64,000 nt of DNA, taken from positions 2,918,508 through 2,982,507 of the forward strand of contig MU058584.1 in the NCBI GenBank assembly GCA_013265495.1, in the 5' to 3' direction. A program made the translations under genes and the position numbers. This document shows positions 1 to 13,213 of the stretch, piece after piece (within the stretch, counting starts at the first letter, position 1; every line of letters starts with the position of its first letter). The notes below the pieces were generated by a model. That model did no database searches. It saw nothing but the letters and a program-made list of their open reading frames with translations, and had not been told where the DNA came from. The stretch comes from Vicugna vicugna (lineage: Eukaryota).

Positions 1-2916
1 CTGCTGTGTTCTCAGTGTCTGGAACAGTCAGTGCCTTGGTGGGCACTCAGATATATGCCTAAATGATTAATGAGTGTAAGTGCCACTACAGGACAATCTC
101 TGACACGTATGTCATGTGAAAAACAAAGGGAAGATGACACTTAGACTACTCCGGGAAGGACGCACAGACTGTAACAGGGGGTTGCCTCTGTGAATGGAGT
201 CCAGAGGAGGCAGTAGGAGGGAAATGCAATTTTCATTGATAATTATTTGAACTGTTTGAACTCTTTCCTATGGGCATGAAATACCTTTTCAATTAAGAAA
301 GAAAATCCCCTCTGGCTGGTCATATGTTCTAACTGGACACATTTTGCCTTATTGATCAGACTCTCCAACCTGCCCTATTGCCCCACCAGGGTCCTCAGAT
401 GTCTCCAGTCCACAGTCATTGCTCCAGATGGAGACCACCACATCCTCCAAGTTTTGGTTTGGTTTTGTTTTGCAGGGAGGAGGTTCCTAACCACCAAGAC
501 CAAAGACCAGAGTTTGATATCACATAAATATATTATTCTGACAGGCTCCCCTCCCCTCCTCTCCCCTCCCAGGGAAGCTGAGAGCTTTGCCGTATCCGCG
601 TTACATCTCCCCTGCTTTCCCGGTGACTCTCAGCTGTTCCAAACCCCCAGGCTGCCAATTCCAGGTTGCACCCATCTCAGAATCATGCATCTTTAGCTTA
701 GACAGCGCCATCTGTAAAGGGCAACTGGGACGTGCCTTTCAGTAGGAGGTGAAGGGGCTGTTTCCTGCCCCAATGCTCATCCCTGACCTGGTCCACAGAA
801 CCCCAGCCCCAGAGGCATAGCTCCAGTGTTTCTCACACAACCAAACGGAAGCCTAGAGTGAGGGACTTGCCCAAGGTCGCATAGTGAGTTTCTGACAGCA
901 CCAGGACTAATGGGTCTCCAAGTTCCCGGTTCTAGGCTGTTTCCAGCTGGAATGCCATGAGAGTCCACCCAGCTAGCCTGCCCCTTGGCCCCACGCGTGG
1001 TTTCCAGGAGAACTGGAGAGGTGGGAAGAGAACAGGTTTGTAGCCAGAGTTCCTTCTGGAGGCTCTGAAGGGGCACTGGCCTCTCATGGATTTTACCAGG
1101 GCTTGGGACCAGCTCCTGAGCACACTTGGGACCTACAGGGACACACTAGGAATTTCTTCAGATCTCAGCCTCCTGCACAGACCTCAACACACACATCGTT
1201 TCCCTCCCATGCACCAGAATCGGGTGCACTTGAAGTTGACTGCAAAAGTAGCTTAACTCTAAAAAAGAAAAAGAAAACAAAGTATTGCAAAAGCAGAGGA
1301 CATGAAACAAAGCAACTGTTCTCTATGGTGATGCCCCATCACAGAGAGGAATGTTTAAGAAAACATCAGGGACATGGGATTCCATTTGTCTTGGATTTAT
1401 CCATCAGAGATTACACACACACTCTCTCTCTCATGGTCAAAATGAATGATAAGCTTTGGAGGTTACAGGTCTTCTACGGAGAATCAAGAGGCAGCTTCAG
1501 ACGTAGCCATCATGTAATGCTCCCCAGAAAGTTCATTGTCAAGAGTTTCCCATTCAGCGAAGGGGGCAGTGATCTCATGCGATCCAGTGCTGTGTGCAGA
1601 GAGATTGCCTGCCTTGTGTGCACTTTGTGTGGCTGTGTTGAAGGTCTGTAGCCACCAAGCCGGGCCCCAGCCTCATCAAACGCACACCTGGACTGTTTGG
1701 TCCAGGAACCTCGCCTGCTGGTCTTGCTGTGCTCAAAACAGCAGGTATCTGAGCATCTTGCTCTGCGGGATGGCCTTAGCCGAGCAGGTCTCCTGGAATG
1801 CTTCTGCGATGGGCTCTCACCTTTGACAGGACACAAACAACTACTAGTAGCAAGCCAAATTCTAAGGCACCAGCAAATTAGTAACTATGACTGCAATTTC
1901 TTTGGGGGAACTTACATTATTGCATTTTTCTGTGTCGCTAATATACATTTTATTAATAACTCAGAACGATTATAAAATCAAGCAGAATTAATGGCTGCTA
2001 TCTTTTTGAACACTTTCCTATGTGCCAAGTTCCCTGTTAATTATGTGGCCCGAATATTTCAAAACCACTGTGGGAATAAAATATGATTATCCCCATTTTA
2101 CAGATAACAAAATGGAAGAGGAGTTCAGGAAGCTGCCAGTCACGCAGCTGATAAGTCAGGTCCACCTGACTCTAAATTTCATGTTTTAAGCAGCATGTTA
2201 TATGACCTCCCATCGCTGAGTATTTAGAGTGTGAATAAGATGCTATTGGTATCGTGGAGGAAGGAATTCTTTGATGGCCTCTAACTCTGATCTTTCTACC
2301 CATTAACCAAAAGGGTATCCTTGAACCCCAGTTTTAGCTTCATACCACTGCTGCCAGGTATGCAGCAACAATCTTCCTTCAACAGGACGTTGTGAAACTT
2401 TTATACGTAGCACCAGGAAAAGGATCGGGGCCAGATAATTCATTCACTTCAAAAACCTACGTAACATAGTAATACACACTATCAACAGGCAGTATAAGGC
2501 CATTAACTTCATTTCTCTTCAACAAGAGAGTGATCAGGGCCTAGTATGAGCTAGGCATTATAGGAATATACAAATATTTATATAATGAGCAGGTCCCTGG
2601 GCCCCAGTGAGCTCACAGTATAGTGGGGGAAAACATATGATTATGGTACATTGTGATGGAATTGTCATAAAAGTGCAAAGTCCAAGAAAGCCAAGGGTAA
2701 GTCTGTCTGGAGGAATCCAAAAAGGCCTAGCATTTAAAACTGAAGGAGGAATCTGAACTGGGTCCTGAAGGGTGAAAAGGGACTCATAAAGCCAACAGAG
2801 GACAAAAAAAAGAATCCAAAGCGTAAATAACGCAGAGAGACTTGGAACGCTTGTGCCAGCTGGTGCCAGCAGGTGCCAGCAAGCACCTAAGTGGCTGGGT
2901 GGTAAGAAACCTTTGT

Positions 2917-3064
2917 GGGGGAGAGGGCGTAGCTCAGTAAGAGCAAATGCTTAGCATGCACGAGGTCCTGGGTTCAATCCCCAACACCTCCATTAAAATA
3001 AATAAATAAATAAACCTAATTACCTCCTCCCCACCCCACCCCCCCCACCAAAAAAAAAAAAAAA
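2917..3064 (+). mobile_element. tRNA-derived camelid SINE (Vic-1-like)
   Basis: tRNA-like head with A box TAGCTCAG and B box GGTTCAATCC, then AT-rich tail AAACCTAATTACC...C-rich...polyA. Confidence 0.85.
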
Positions 3065-3637
3065 CAGGCTTGGAACAGAAGTTTGTGTCAGATCAGAAAA
3101 GACCTGGAATAGCACGCGTTAATAAGACGGAACGTCATCTGTCCACAGGGCAATGGTGAGCCGTTAAAAAGTTTCTGAGCAGAGGAATGGAGCAATTAGA
3201 GAGATTTGCTGACAAAGGAAGATCACTCTGGAGGCTATGTGACCAACAGATGAATAGGTATCTGGGTCTGGGTAGATTTGATGGCCCTGAATATTTAATT
3301 AAATGAATTTCCTAAGCAAGAAAAGCATGATACATTTTAATGTGTTTCTGTCTCTCTCTCTATGGCAACTAATCTTAATTATCTCGGAGCTCCGAGCACA
3401 GGAAGCTATCTCACCTGTTTATCTTCACAGGAAACAAGTCCAGGCTTTACTCTGAGTATTAAATGTGCATTTTTATAGGTTTAGGACTTAATTAAATAGC
3501 ATTGAAATCCATATGCAGGTTATTGAAAATGAAAGTACCTGGAATTATGGGGGGAAAATATTTAAAAGTTGTCACATTGAAGCATTGTTATTAAAAGAAC
3601 AGAAAACTCCTGTCAAAAACCAGCTCATTGTACCCAG

Positions 3638-3935
3638 TGTCTTAATGTGTTCAGGCTGCTAAGCGGAAAAAATGCCACAGACTGGGTGTCTGGTAACAAC
3701 AGAAATGTATTGCTCATGCTTCTGAAGGCTGGAAGTCGAAATTCAAGGTGCTAGCATGGCTGAGAGAGGGCCCTCTTCCAGGTTTCAAACTTCTTACATC
3801 CTTACATGCTAGAATGGGCCTCTTTTATAAGGTATTAACTTCATTCATGCAGGCTCCACCTATGTGACGTAATCACCTTGCAAAGGCCCCACCCCCTAAT
3901 ACCATCCCATTGGCCTTTGGGGTTTAACCATAGCA
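3638..3935 (-). mobile_element. MaLR MLT1-type LTR
   Basis: tgtcttaatgtgttcaggctgct...aacaacagaaatgtattgctca...ggctggaagtc...caaggtg...ccatagca, the characteristic MLT1 pattern. Confidence 0.8.
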
Positions 3936-4819
3936 CCCAGGTTGCATTTACTACAGGTAAATTCATGTCCTTTAGGTTGTTGGAGCATCTTTCCCCGTGA
4001 CATAGAAAGTCTGTAGAGGAAATATGACCCAGCCTGCACCTGCTGGTCCCTCCACACCTGCTACCCCCCACCGCCTCCTCACCCCTCCTGCCCCACGTGG
4101 AGGGCCTACACCCAGCAGCCAACCCCAGTGTTAGAACCCAGTTCTGCCATTGTGGTTTAGCTGGCTTCGAGAGTTTAAAGAAGTCAAACCCAAAGCAAAA
4201 TAGATTGGAGTAACCACCCCAGAACAGGAGGACAAGTGGAAAAAGAAGCAATCTTAGAAAAGTCAAACAAAAGGGATGGACCTTGCATCGTATACACTAG
4301 GAGATGCGATTGGCTGGTCATCCTCAGAGAGCACCCGGATATCTGCCCAGCTCCGGTCCAGGCTCCGGGGATGCAAAGAGAAACTGGAAACAGCTCTTTT
4401 CCTCAAGGAACATCTGTTTCCTTTGCCGCTTACTGCAATTCTGTAACTGCTTCATCTGTTCAGAGGAGGAAGCTGAGGCTCAGAGATGCTAATTCACTTC
4501 AAGGCCAAGGGTCCCAGGTTGGGGATGAGGGGCAGGGAGGGGTTGGGAATGAGGCAATAAGAACAAGGTGAGAGCTGCTCACTGAATCACTGACTCTGGG
4601 CACGAGCTCAGGAGAGCACCGCAGAAGAAGTCCCCAAGCCAGGGGCCAAATCTACAAACGGGGACCCCAGAGGGGGAGGCAGAGCACTGTGTAGACAGGA
4701 AGCCATGCAGAACATCATGTTCCCCAAAGACCATCTGAGCACTAAAAGCACAATAAATAAATAACACATTTAAAAGGACTGACTTCACCACTACAGTAAA
4801 GACATTGAAAAGTCAGTGT

Positions 4820-5035
4820 GTATCGTGGTAAATTCTGCAGCCTCTGGGGACACAAAGACCTGGGTTCAAATCCCAGCTCTGCTACTTAATATCTGCAAGC
4901 AGGTTGCTTAAACTTGCCATGTGTTAACAATGCTCATCTCAAGGGCTTGTTTCGAGAATTATATGAGATAATGAAGCCAATGGGCTTAACATGGTGCCTG
5001 GCACTCCGTGAGACTCAATAAAAGTGAGCTAGGAC
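4820..5035. mobile_element. MIR SINE (one of many; others at ~2000-2200, 8140-8330, 13380-13790, 17450-17720, 61270-61460)
   Basis: cctgggttcaaatcccagctctgctact...gtgcctggcac...ctcaataaa core. Confidence 0.75.
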
Positions 5036-6642
5036 ACTTCCAACTCAACAACCCCAAAAATGGAAGCATGGTTTGTTCTCACAGACCTGTTCCTTCTGCA
5101 CCTGGATTCTCCACCTGCATGATTTCCACCTAATCAGGAGCCAGTCTCAGTTCTACTTTTCATCCCACCACCCTTCCCCATTTCTCTGCCATCTTCACCA
5201 TCACCGCTAACATTTTTGGTGTATTTCTGTGTTCAGTGAATATGTTCATATTTCTATGATGCTAAGCTAAGCACTTTAAAAGATTTTTAATTGTACAGAG
5301 AACCACTTATGAGGAAGGCACTATCATTGCTCCCCTCTTGCATTTGAGAAAATTGTGACTTAAGTTAAGTAACTTGTCCAAGGTCATACAGCTAGGTACG
5401 TTAGACAGTTTAATTACAAAACCCATACTCTTACACATCACAATCTATTACCTCCTAATCAACCAGTTACTAGACAAACCCTATGGGATTCTCCTTTTTT
5501 GGTTTCTCTTGGTTCCACTTCTTGTCACTGCCCTACCACCATGATCTGTCCTGCTAAGCACAGGGAGTGCTGTGGGTTTTAGGAATGGTGGTGGGGGCCA
5601 CCATCACCTGAATGCCAGGCTGATGGGGAAATGGGCCAACACTGAATCTCTGAGCCTGAGAAAGGGTGTTGCTGAGCTGGAAGCCACCCCAGTCAGTGGG
5701 GAGGATGGACAGGAGGCACGGAGGCCAGGGAGGATGAGAGCGCATTGGTCTAAGTGTGAGGTACCGGGGGCCTGAAGTGAGGGGGTGGGAGTGGGAATGA
5801 AAAGAAAGCCTGGATGCGACAGACATTACCTCACCAGGCACAAATACTCCCGGGGCTGGAACGTGGTTTAATAATTCTGTTACTAGGGCAACAGCAAAAG
5901 AATCTATCTCAGAAGGAACCCAATGTGGACTGTTTCTACACGGAAGTGTGGCAGCTGTAAGCTGGGAGAACACAGGTGAGGGTGGGTGGCCAAACGACAC
6001 AGCAGGACACGTGGACCAGGATTTTCTCATCAACATTTTCCTGACTTTCCCTCTAGGATTTGGGGAGTGGAGACACATTTGAAGCAAGCTCTCCAGGAAG
6101 GAAGAGAGCAAGATCTATGAAGCAGAGGGTATTTAAGCCCCATGACAGACTAGGACTATTTAAACCCCAAGCCTCTGATACTTAGATTAATTTAGGTTTA
6201 TCTAAGGACACCCAGAAGGGAGAGGGGATCTCTTGCTCACATCTGCTCTCACGGGGGCTCTCGTGGAGAAGCGCTCAGATGGAGAGCATGACTGGCTGGC
6301 AAGGGAAGCAAAAGAATTTAATACCAAGTTAACCCATTGCTCAGGTGGCTATTTCCCTCTGACTTGGTGTTACCAAGATTACAGCCAGGGCTTAAAGGTG
6401 CCTTCTTCAGTCTGCTAGGAAGCGAAGCGCTAGGAAGACCCTGCCCATGGGAGTGGGCCTGAGAGCCATCATGGGACCTTACACGGCCCACGGTACAGGA
6501 GGCTTTCTTCCTATGAGCCCCCTGGCTCTCCCTCCATTTTTCCTTTTGCCCTTTCAGGAACAGCACAAGGAGATAACCCTATCACTCTGCTTAGCTCTGA
6601 CAGCCAGAGCCTCCGAAAAATTAACAGCCTTTTAAAAGCACT

Positions 6643-6767
6643 GGGGGTGAGGGTTGGGATAAGTATAGCTCAGTGGTAGAGCGCATGCCTAGCATGCCTG
6701 AGGTCTTGGGTTCAATCCCCAATATCTCTATTTTTTAAAAAAAATTAAATTAAATTAAAAATTAAAA
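6643..6767 (+). mobile_element. tRNA-derived camelid SINE (Vic-1-like)
   Basis: TATAGCTCAGTGGTAGAGCGCATGCCTAGCATG...GGTTCAATCCCC followed by an A/T tail; degenerate TSD ttaaaagcactggg / ttaaaacactagg. Confidence 0.85.
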
Positions 6768-7148
6768 CACTAGGAAAACTTGGGGAATTAGAGACATTGT
6801 CACCAGCCTCACACAGGATTGGTACTATCCTTTTCCACGGTGACCCCCCTGCGTAGCACCAAGTCGAGAAACCTGTAGTCTGCCTGTAGTTCTTGTGCTC
6901 AGTGTTTTTACCCCCCACATTACAGAGTTTCTTGAAAATATGTCCACAAGGAGTGCTGAAGGAGAGACAGGACTCGCTTGCCCTCAGTCCTCCCCCTGAC
7001 TTCCCACAAGCCCACGTGAGGTATAGATGAAGAGACCAGCAAAGGCCTTCACTGCCTTAGAATTTCAGTATTGAATATTGCTGTAAAGAGTAGGCCAGAG
7101 GGTAGGTGGCCACACTGGATTATGGGCAGATTTCCACTAGAGTGGTTT

Positions 7149-7771
7149 TGAGACAGGAAGGGGCCAGGGCACAGCCATTCAAGGAACAACACAATTAACA
7201 ATTAGCAATTAACACCAGAATGGCGAAAGATTCAACGCCCACTCAGCCTTGAGGCTCAAGATGGTGGGAGATCTGACTTCCTTGAGCTTCATTATATGCT
7301 CACCGTAACATATTAGCTTGGTGAATAACACGCCCACAGGCGCCACGGCAGTCCCAAGGCTAGCCACAAAAGGTGAAAGAGTGGGAAATGGCCAACTTGC
7401 TGGGAATCCCAGCCCCTTCCCCTGGCTAGCTAGACTGGTCCTTCCACTTATTAGTATATGAAGCCACTGAGCCCATAAAAACTGGCAACAAGGCGCCTCA
7501 CCACCACCGCCCTCTCTCTCTCCCCTCTGTCTATGGAGCGTGTACCTACTTTTACTCTAGTCTGAGCACCCAACCCCCACACCTCGTGGCCTTTCTCTTG
7601 CCTTTCGATGTATCTCTCTAAATAAATCCACCTTTACTCAACTGTGGCTCGCTCTTGAATTCTCTCCTGAGTGAAGCCAAGGACCCACACTTGGCGGGGC
7701 ACGTCCCAGGGGCTCAGCTGAAGCCTGGGACACGGCCCTCCTCATGCCCCACATCTGTTTTTCCTGCATCA
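7149..7771 (+). mobile_element. Solo ERV (class I-like) LTR
   Basis: TG...CA termini (TGAGACAGGA...TCCTGCATCA imperfect inverted ends), TATA-like CATAAAAA at ~7474, AATAAA at 7621, typical U5 'gctcgctcttgaattctctcctg'. Confidence 0.75.
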
Positions 7772-8968
7772 TATGAGCACTCTCAGGGGCTTTGATAAGT
7801 ATGCACTGCCCAGTGGTTTGCTCAAGGGATTCAGCATGTTCTAGATTAACTTTGAAGGAATTACTTACAGGAGTGGCTACATAGGGAATTTGAGTCACCT
7901 TGGGCATTAAGGAGTCAAGTAGATGAAACAATCTCAAACTTCAGTATAAGAATTTAAAGCTAAAAAGCGTCATAAGACTTCTGAACGACAAGGAACACCA
8001 AAGTATAAATAGATCCTATGACAACAGTGGTTTGGATCTTGGCTAAAGTCAAGATACCATTCAATGCTAGAAAGGAGAATTTATTGCATGGATCCTGTAA
8101 AAACGATAATGAACATTTTGAGGCGTGTGCACAGGATGGAGTGGTAGAGTTTAGTCATTAAGGGCTTGCACTCAAAAGTAGAACTTTCTGGACCAAATCT
8201 CACTTCCAACACTCACCACCTCTGTGAAACTGGGCAAATGGCACCTCCTAGAGCATCTTTGTCTTCGTCTGTAAGATGGAGGTCATGCTACGTGACTCAC
8301 TGGGTTGCTGGGGGATCACATGCCCGACACAGGGTGGATGGGAAACGGTAGAGAGTACATTATGTTAAATCACATGCAATCTCTATAACAACTCTGGAAA
8401 AGCAATACTTGTCATTCTTATTTCATCAAAAAGGAAGCGAATGCCCCTAAAATCCAAGGTGCTTATACAAAGTCACTCAGTGAGGGGTCGTCTCACTTCA
8501 GATCTCACGCTACACCACAGTCGTCTCTCCTATGTTGAAATCCACAAAGCGAGCCCATGTTCCCCTCCTGCATCCATGGGCTCAGGCGAAGTCCCAGCGT
8601 GAATTTGAGGCATAAGGACTACTCACAGAAGACTAGACGTGAGCAACAGGATATAGATTTGTTATAAGCTGAAAATGCGATCCTATCCTCCCAAAACATT
8701 ATGTGATTTCGAGGCTTCCCCTTGGGTTCCTCTGGATAATAAATGCTGCAGAAATATATAATGTGGATGAAGCCTGACAAAAACAAAGCCATCCCTGGGG
8801 GGCACAGCAATTGGAGTGATTTCGTCTGGCCTGCAATCTGTAAGGGTCTAATCTCCTGAGCAGGAACTCAGGCAGCCTGAAGGGAAAAGAAAAAAGTAGT
8901 TGGCACCAGCTGATACTAAAAACAGACCCAAGGCTCATTATAGATGGTAGATGGATGGATAGTTAGGA

Positions 8969-9007
<39 letters not shown>

Positions 9008-12000
9008 GACATATTTAGCCCTTAGGCCCCAGGATTCCCAACATGGTTGGGGAGTATTTTTTCTCTTCTAGGCAGACCTTCATCATCATCTGCTTTCCAT
9101 GGGACTTGCCCCACGCCCCATACCTTGCTGCAAAGGGCTCAGACAATGTCAAAAGTCTAGAGTGCACTGGACACCATCAGCAGCTCCTACTCAAATGTCC
9201 TTGAAATGTTGACATCCTTTAGACCTCAGCCCCCTAAATTCCCTGCCCAGGAAGCAGGACAAAGTCTAACCTGTGTGTCCCTAGGTTTCTAACCCCATGT
9301 AAGTACCAAGTTGAACACATTAGCAGTTTTAACTTGGTAAAATGGCACATGTATTACTTTCTGCTATTTTCTCCTGAGCAGTAAAAGTATGTCAGAACTG
9401 CATTTCCCTGAGCACTTGTACCCATGCATCTGGGTGCAATATTTACTGCCTAACATTTACGGGCTGCAACCCCAGAAAAGCAATACTTGTCATCCTTACT
9501 TTATCTGTCCCTAATGCTTGGGTCTTAAAGCTTCAAGCATCTGTCCTCTCCCTGCATTGACTGGGTCCTCCTGGAACTTGAAATTTGGGAGGGACCTTAG
9601 AGAGCATCCTGTCTTCTTCTACAGAAAGGAAATTAAGGCCCTGAAAGTCACAAAGCCACACCGCTTCACAGTGAGAGAAATCACATGTCTCGGCTGAGTC
9701 CATTGTGCCCTGTCACCTGCCCTTTCCTTTTATAATCTTTTTAAAAGGATTTTAAAATCCACCTGCATTTTGCATCATGAGAGGGCTGTTTGGAGGCACG
9801 CTGGTACCTAAGGACAATCATTAGGCTGGGAAGTCAGCATCCCTCTCAGAGACGGCTTAAAATAGGAGCCTGCCCAAGACCAGACTCAGCGAGGGAGACT
9901 GACACTAGGGCTTCTCAGCGCGCTCACCTCATAACCCACCCAGGCTACTGGAAGGATGGTCACGCTGGACACCCAAGGGACAGAGGCTGGCTGATAAAAC
10001 AGCTGTGCATGCTGAGGGCAACGCAGCTGCAGCTGAAGCTGCATGAGCAGCCCCCTGGGAAGAGCCTATTCTGTCTTCGCAGCCACCGGACAAGCGGGGC
10101 TACGTGGTGTGATAAGAAGGAACAGAAATAAAGCCCCAGAGGTGTTAAACCAGTTCATCAAGGGCAGACAGCTTAGTCTCGGTTTTCCCAAGGCAGGATC
10201 CCGGAAATAGTAGCTTCACAAGATGCTCCTTGAAAAAAAGAAATTTTAAGATTCTGGGATCAGGTAATTCTTACATTCTCCTTTGTCTAATCCACTCATT
10301 CTCTATTTAATATTGACTCGGTCTCAAATTGAGGAACACATTTTAGGGATCTGGTCTAACCTGGCAAAACTGAAACTAGCCTGTGGGTATTCAGACTGCA
10401 GGACCAAAAAATACACAGCTACCTCAAGCCAAAGGACTATTCCTTGAGGTTAACCATTCATGATGCTCCGTGAAAATGGCAAGAGAGAGAGAGTGCCAAA
10501 GCGTGTCGGTAAATAAGCTTTAGCGTGTTTTATCCACCTAAAGCTTTTCTAAGTGAGAGTGCTTGTATCATGTGGCCTGAGCCGGAGGCTACTGTCTTGA
10601 GAAAGTCTACAGAAGGGGGCTGGAAATTAAATAGGGCCACCTGGAGACACTGATCCCCCAAGGAAAGGAAAAATCAGAGAGAAAGAGAAAGGCATGGAAG
10701 AAAAGGTGGAGCGTCAGTAAAACCCCTCCACGAGCCTTGGTAGGCCAGTCAGTGACCATCTCCCCACCAGAAGGAAACACAGCATACACAGCCCCATCTG
10801 AATAAAGCATCTCCACCGTCAAAACACACACCAACCCAGTCCGCAGAAGAAATGATCACTTTGGAAATTAATTCTTCCCCATAGACTTCATGTACCAAAT
10901 TTCTCCCCTGGGCAATCATGTGAGATCCAGCCAGGAATTTACTTTTTTTTAATTATAAGCAGAGGGTGATGTCTCTATCCGTAAAATCCTGCTTCAATTA
11001 GTACAATTATCATTTGGGTCATTATTTTAAGGGTTTGGAATTTCTACTTAAATAAGGTCACTTTCAATTTGGTAAACACTCCAAAGTCATCATCTTAATT
11101 CATGGCCGGTCACCCTGGGAATGCTGAGTAAGTAAACACAATCAAGCATTAGCTAACCAGCCACAAATCCACTTGAGTTTATTAATTTCTCTCTTGGCAG
11201 AGAAACAAGAGCGAGCAAACCATCAAAGACATTCACGCATCATTCATTCAATAAATATTTATTGCCTACCAGGTGCCAGGCTCTGTGCTAAGCTAAATAT
11301 AAATGCCATTACTTCATTAATATTCACAGCTATGTTATGTATGAATGTTTTAAAGAATGAAATCCTCTATTTTCTCCAAACTATAAATTCTAACTCCTGA
11401 GATGCTTCTTCTTTGTTCCTGCCAGTGTGCCTTCCTCCACAGAGTGGGTGACACATCCTAACCCTTAAACTTCCAGACCTTCCATCTCTCCCTCCAAAGA
11501 CTCCCGCCTCCCACCATCCCTCAAGTAGTTAATGAATATAAATAAACTCATACTAGAAGCGCCAGTGAGGCATTCACTATTTTAAAAGTCCTAGAAAATA
11601 CAAATGGTAAGATGGATCAGATCATTACACTCAGATTTTTTTTTAACCCATTTAGGTTTTGTTTTAGGGGAAGTATCTTATACTTGTTCAAAAGGTTACT
11701 AAATACCGGGACACACATGGAGTCCAAAGGCAGGCAGGATTGTATGCAAACTGGGAACAATCCTAAGAGCAACACCTTATCAGGGAATTTCCTTTGCGTC
11801 ATTTCAAAGGAGCACCCCCATCCCCAGCCACTTGCTTATCTTCTCCGGGCAACACCCCCCAAAAATGGCGCCTCTCCAAACGCAATACCCAAAGAGGAGA
11901 GTCACGATGAGAACTGACCTCCAATAGGTCACTCTGCATATCTGTGAAAAAAGGGAGTCGGACTGGAGGCTTTCATAGTCCCTCTATGGCCTGAGGAACA

Positions 12001-12050
12001 CAGAGGGTCCAGTCCAACCTAATCCACCACACCTCCTCGGGGAGCTGATA

Positions 12051-12051
<1 letters not shown>

Positions 12052-12087
<36 letters not shown>

Positions 12088-12099
12088 GAAGCCATGCAC

Positions 12100-12162
<63 letters not shown>
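12052..12162 (+). repeat. (CA)n microsatellite followed by a 62-nt poly(C) run
   Basis: CA repeat at 12052-12085; uninterrupted C at 12101-12162. Confidence 0.95.
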
Positions 12163-12164
<2 letters not shown>

Positions 12165-12591
12165 CCCCCACACCACCCAGAAGAAGACTCTGGACTCTCC
12201 CGCCCTCAGCCGGGCAGCCTCCGGAGGCTGCTGACATCACAAAGGTGTCAACTGGCAACCTCATTGTCATGTGGCTCTCCCCTGGCTCCCCTTCACTTGC
12301 AAACGCAGGGAAAGGGTGAGACCTTTGAAAGCCGCCAAGCGGGCAGACTTCCAGGAGCAGTCTGGGAGTGAGCAATCCGGCAGAGCCACCAGGCTGGGCG
12401 GCGGGGCATCGGGCCTCGCGTTTCAACTTCTGTGCGGTTCTCCTGTAATGGAAAATTGCTTTGCACAAAGCTAGGGTGTTACAGTTCTTTCCAGCGCCCC
12501 TCCCCCGCCCCACCCCACCCCTCGGCAGCCTTCTGATCAGAGGGACAGCGCCTGCAGGAAAGTGGAAGGAGGGTAGTCGCCGCTTCTTACT
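12163..12591 (+). promoter_or_regulatory. Putative LRRC52 proximal promoter / 5' UTR
   Basis: GC-rich segment directly upstream of the ATG, with GC boxes, a CRE-like TGACATCA (12232-12239) and CAACTGGCAAC (MYB site / RFX half-site, ~12249-12259). The TSS is not determinable. Confidence 0.5.
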
Positions 12592-13213
12592 ATGCCCCTT
12601 GCTTCAGGCCCTGGGCCCGGGTGGTTACTCTTTTCCTTTGGAATGGGAATGGCATCAGGGTTAAACTGTCCAGTTGATTGTCAGTGTCAAACCCAAGAAG
12701 TGATCTGCACAGGGATGCAGTTAACTGAATACCCCCCCGACATCCCCCTGAACACCCGGAGGCTGTACCTGAGTGATAACAGAATCCGTTTCTTGCCAGC
12801 GATGACTCTAGGACTCCTCAGTGACCTTGTTTACTTGGACTGTCAGAAAAACCTGATTCAGGAGGTGATGGATTATACCTTCATCGGGGTCTTCAAACTC
12901 ATCTACCTCGATCTCAGCGTCAACAATCTATCCTTGATCTCCCCATACAGTTTCTCCGTGCTTAGCAACCTGGTGCAGCTGAATCTCTCCAACAACCCTC
13001 GTCTGTTATCACTTAACAAGTACACCTTTGCCAACACCAGCTCTTTGAGGTATCTGGACCTCAGAAATACCGGCTTGCAGACCTTGGACCACGCTGCCTT
13101 CCAAAACCTCATATCACTCCAGACCCTGTATCTGAGTGGAAACCCCTGGAAGTGCAACTGCTCCTTCCTGGACTTCTCCATCTACTTGATAGTGTCCCAT
13201 CTGAACCATCCAG
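12592..13213 (+). CDS. LRRC52: LRRC52 coding exon 1: signal peptide, LRRNT, LRR repeats, start of LRRCT
   Basis: ORF MPLASGPGPGWLLFSFGMG...CPVDCQC...LxxLxLxxNxL repeats...GNPWKCNC matches LRRC52. It ends at donor CCAG|GTGAGG (intron starts 13214, phase 1). Confidence 0.97.

Noticed and set aside
1103..1975. Cluster of overlapping 90-180 aa ORFs on both strands, with an AG|GTGAGA splice-like site at ~1821 (minus)
   Set aside because: No recognisable protein motif in any frame, and the site is ambiguous as donor or acceptor. It could be a lncRNA exon but I cannot support that.
2917..3000. tRNA-Ala-like sequences, here and at the five other SINE heads
   Set aside because: They are followed by a shared non-tRNA tail and polyA, and most copies have TSDs, so they are SINEs rather than tRNA genes.
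11973..12513. Poly-Gly / poly-Pro ORFs
   Set aside because: Artefacts of the poly(C) and (CA)n tracts.
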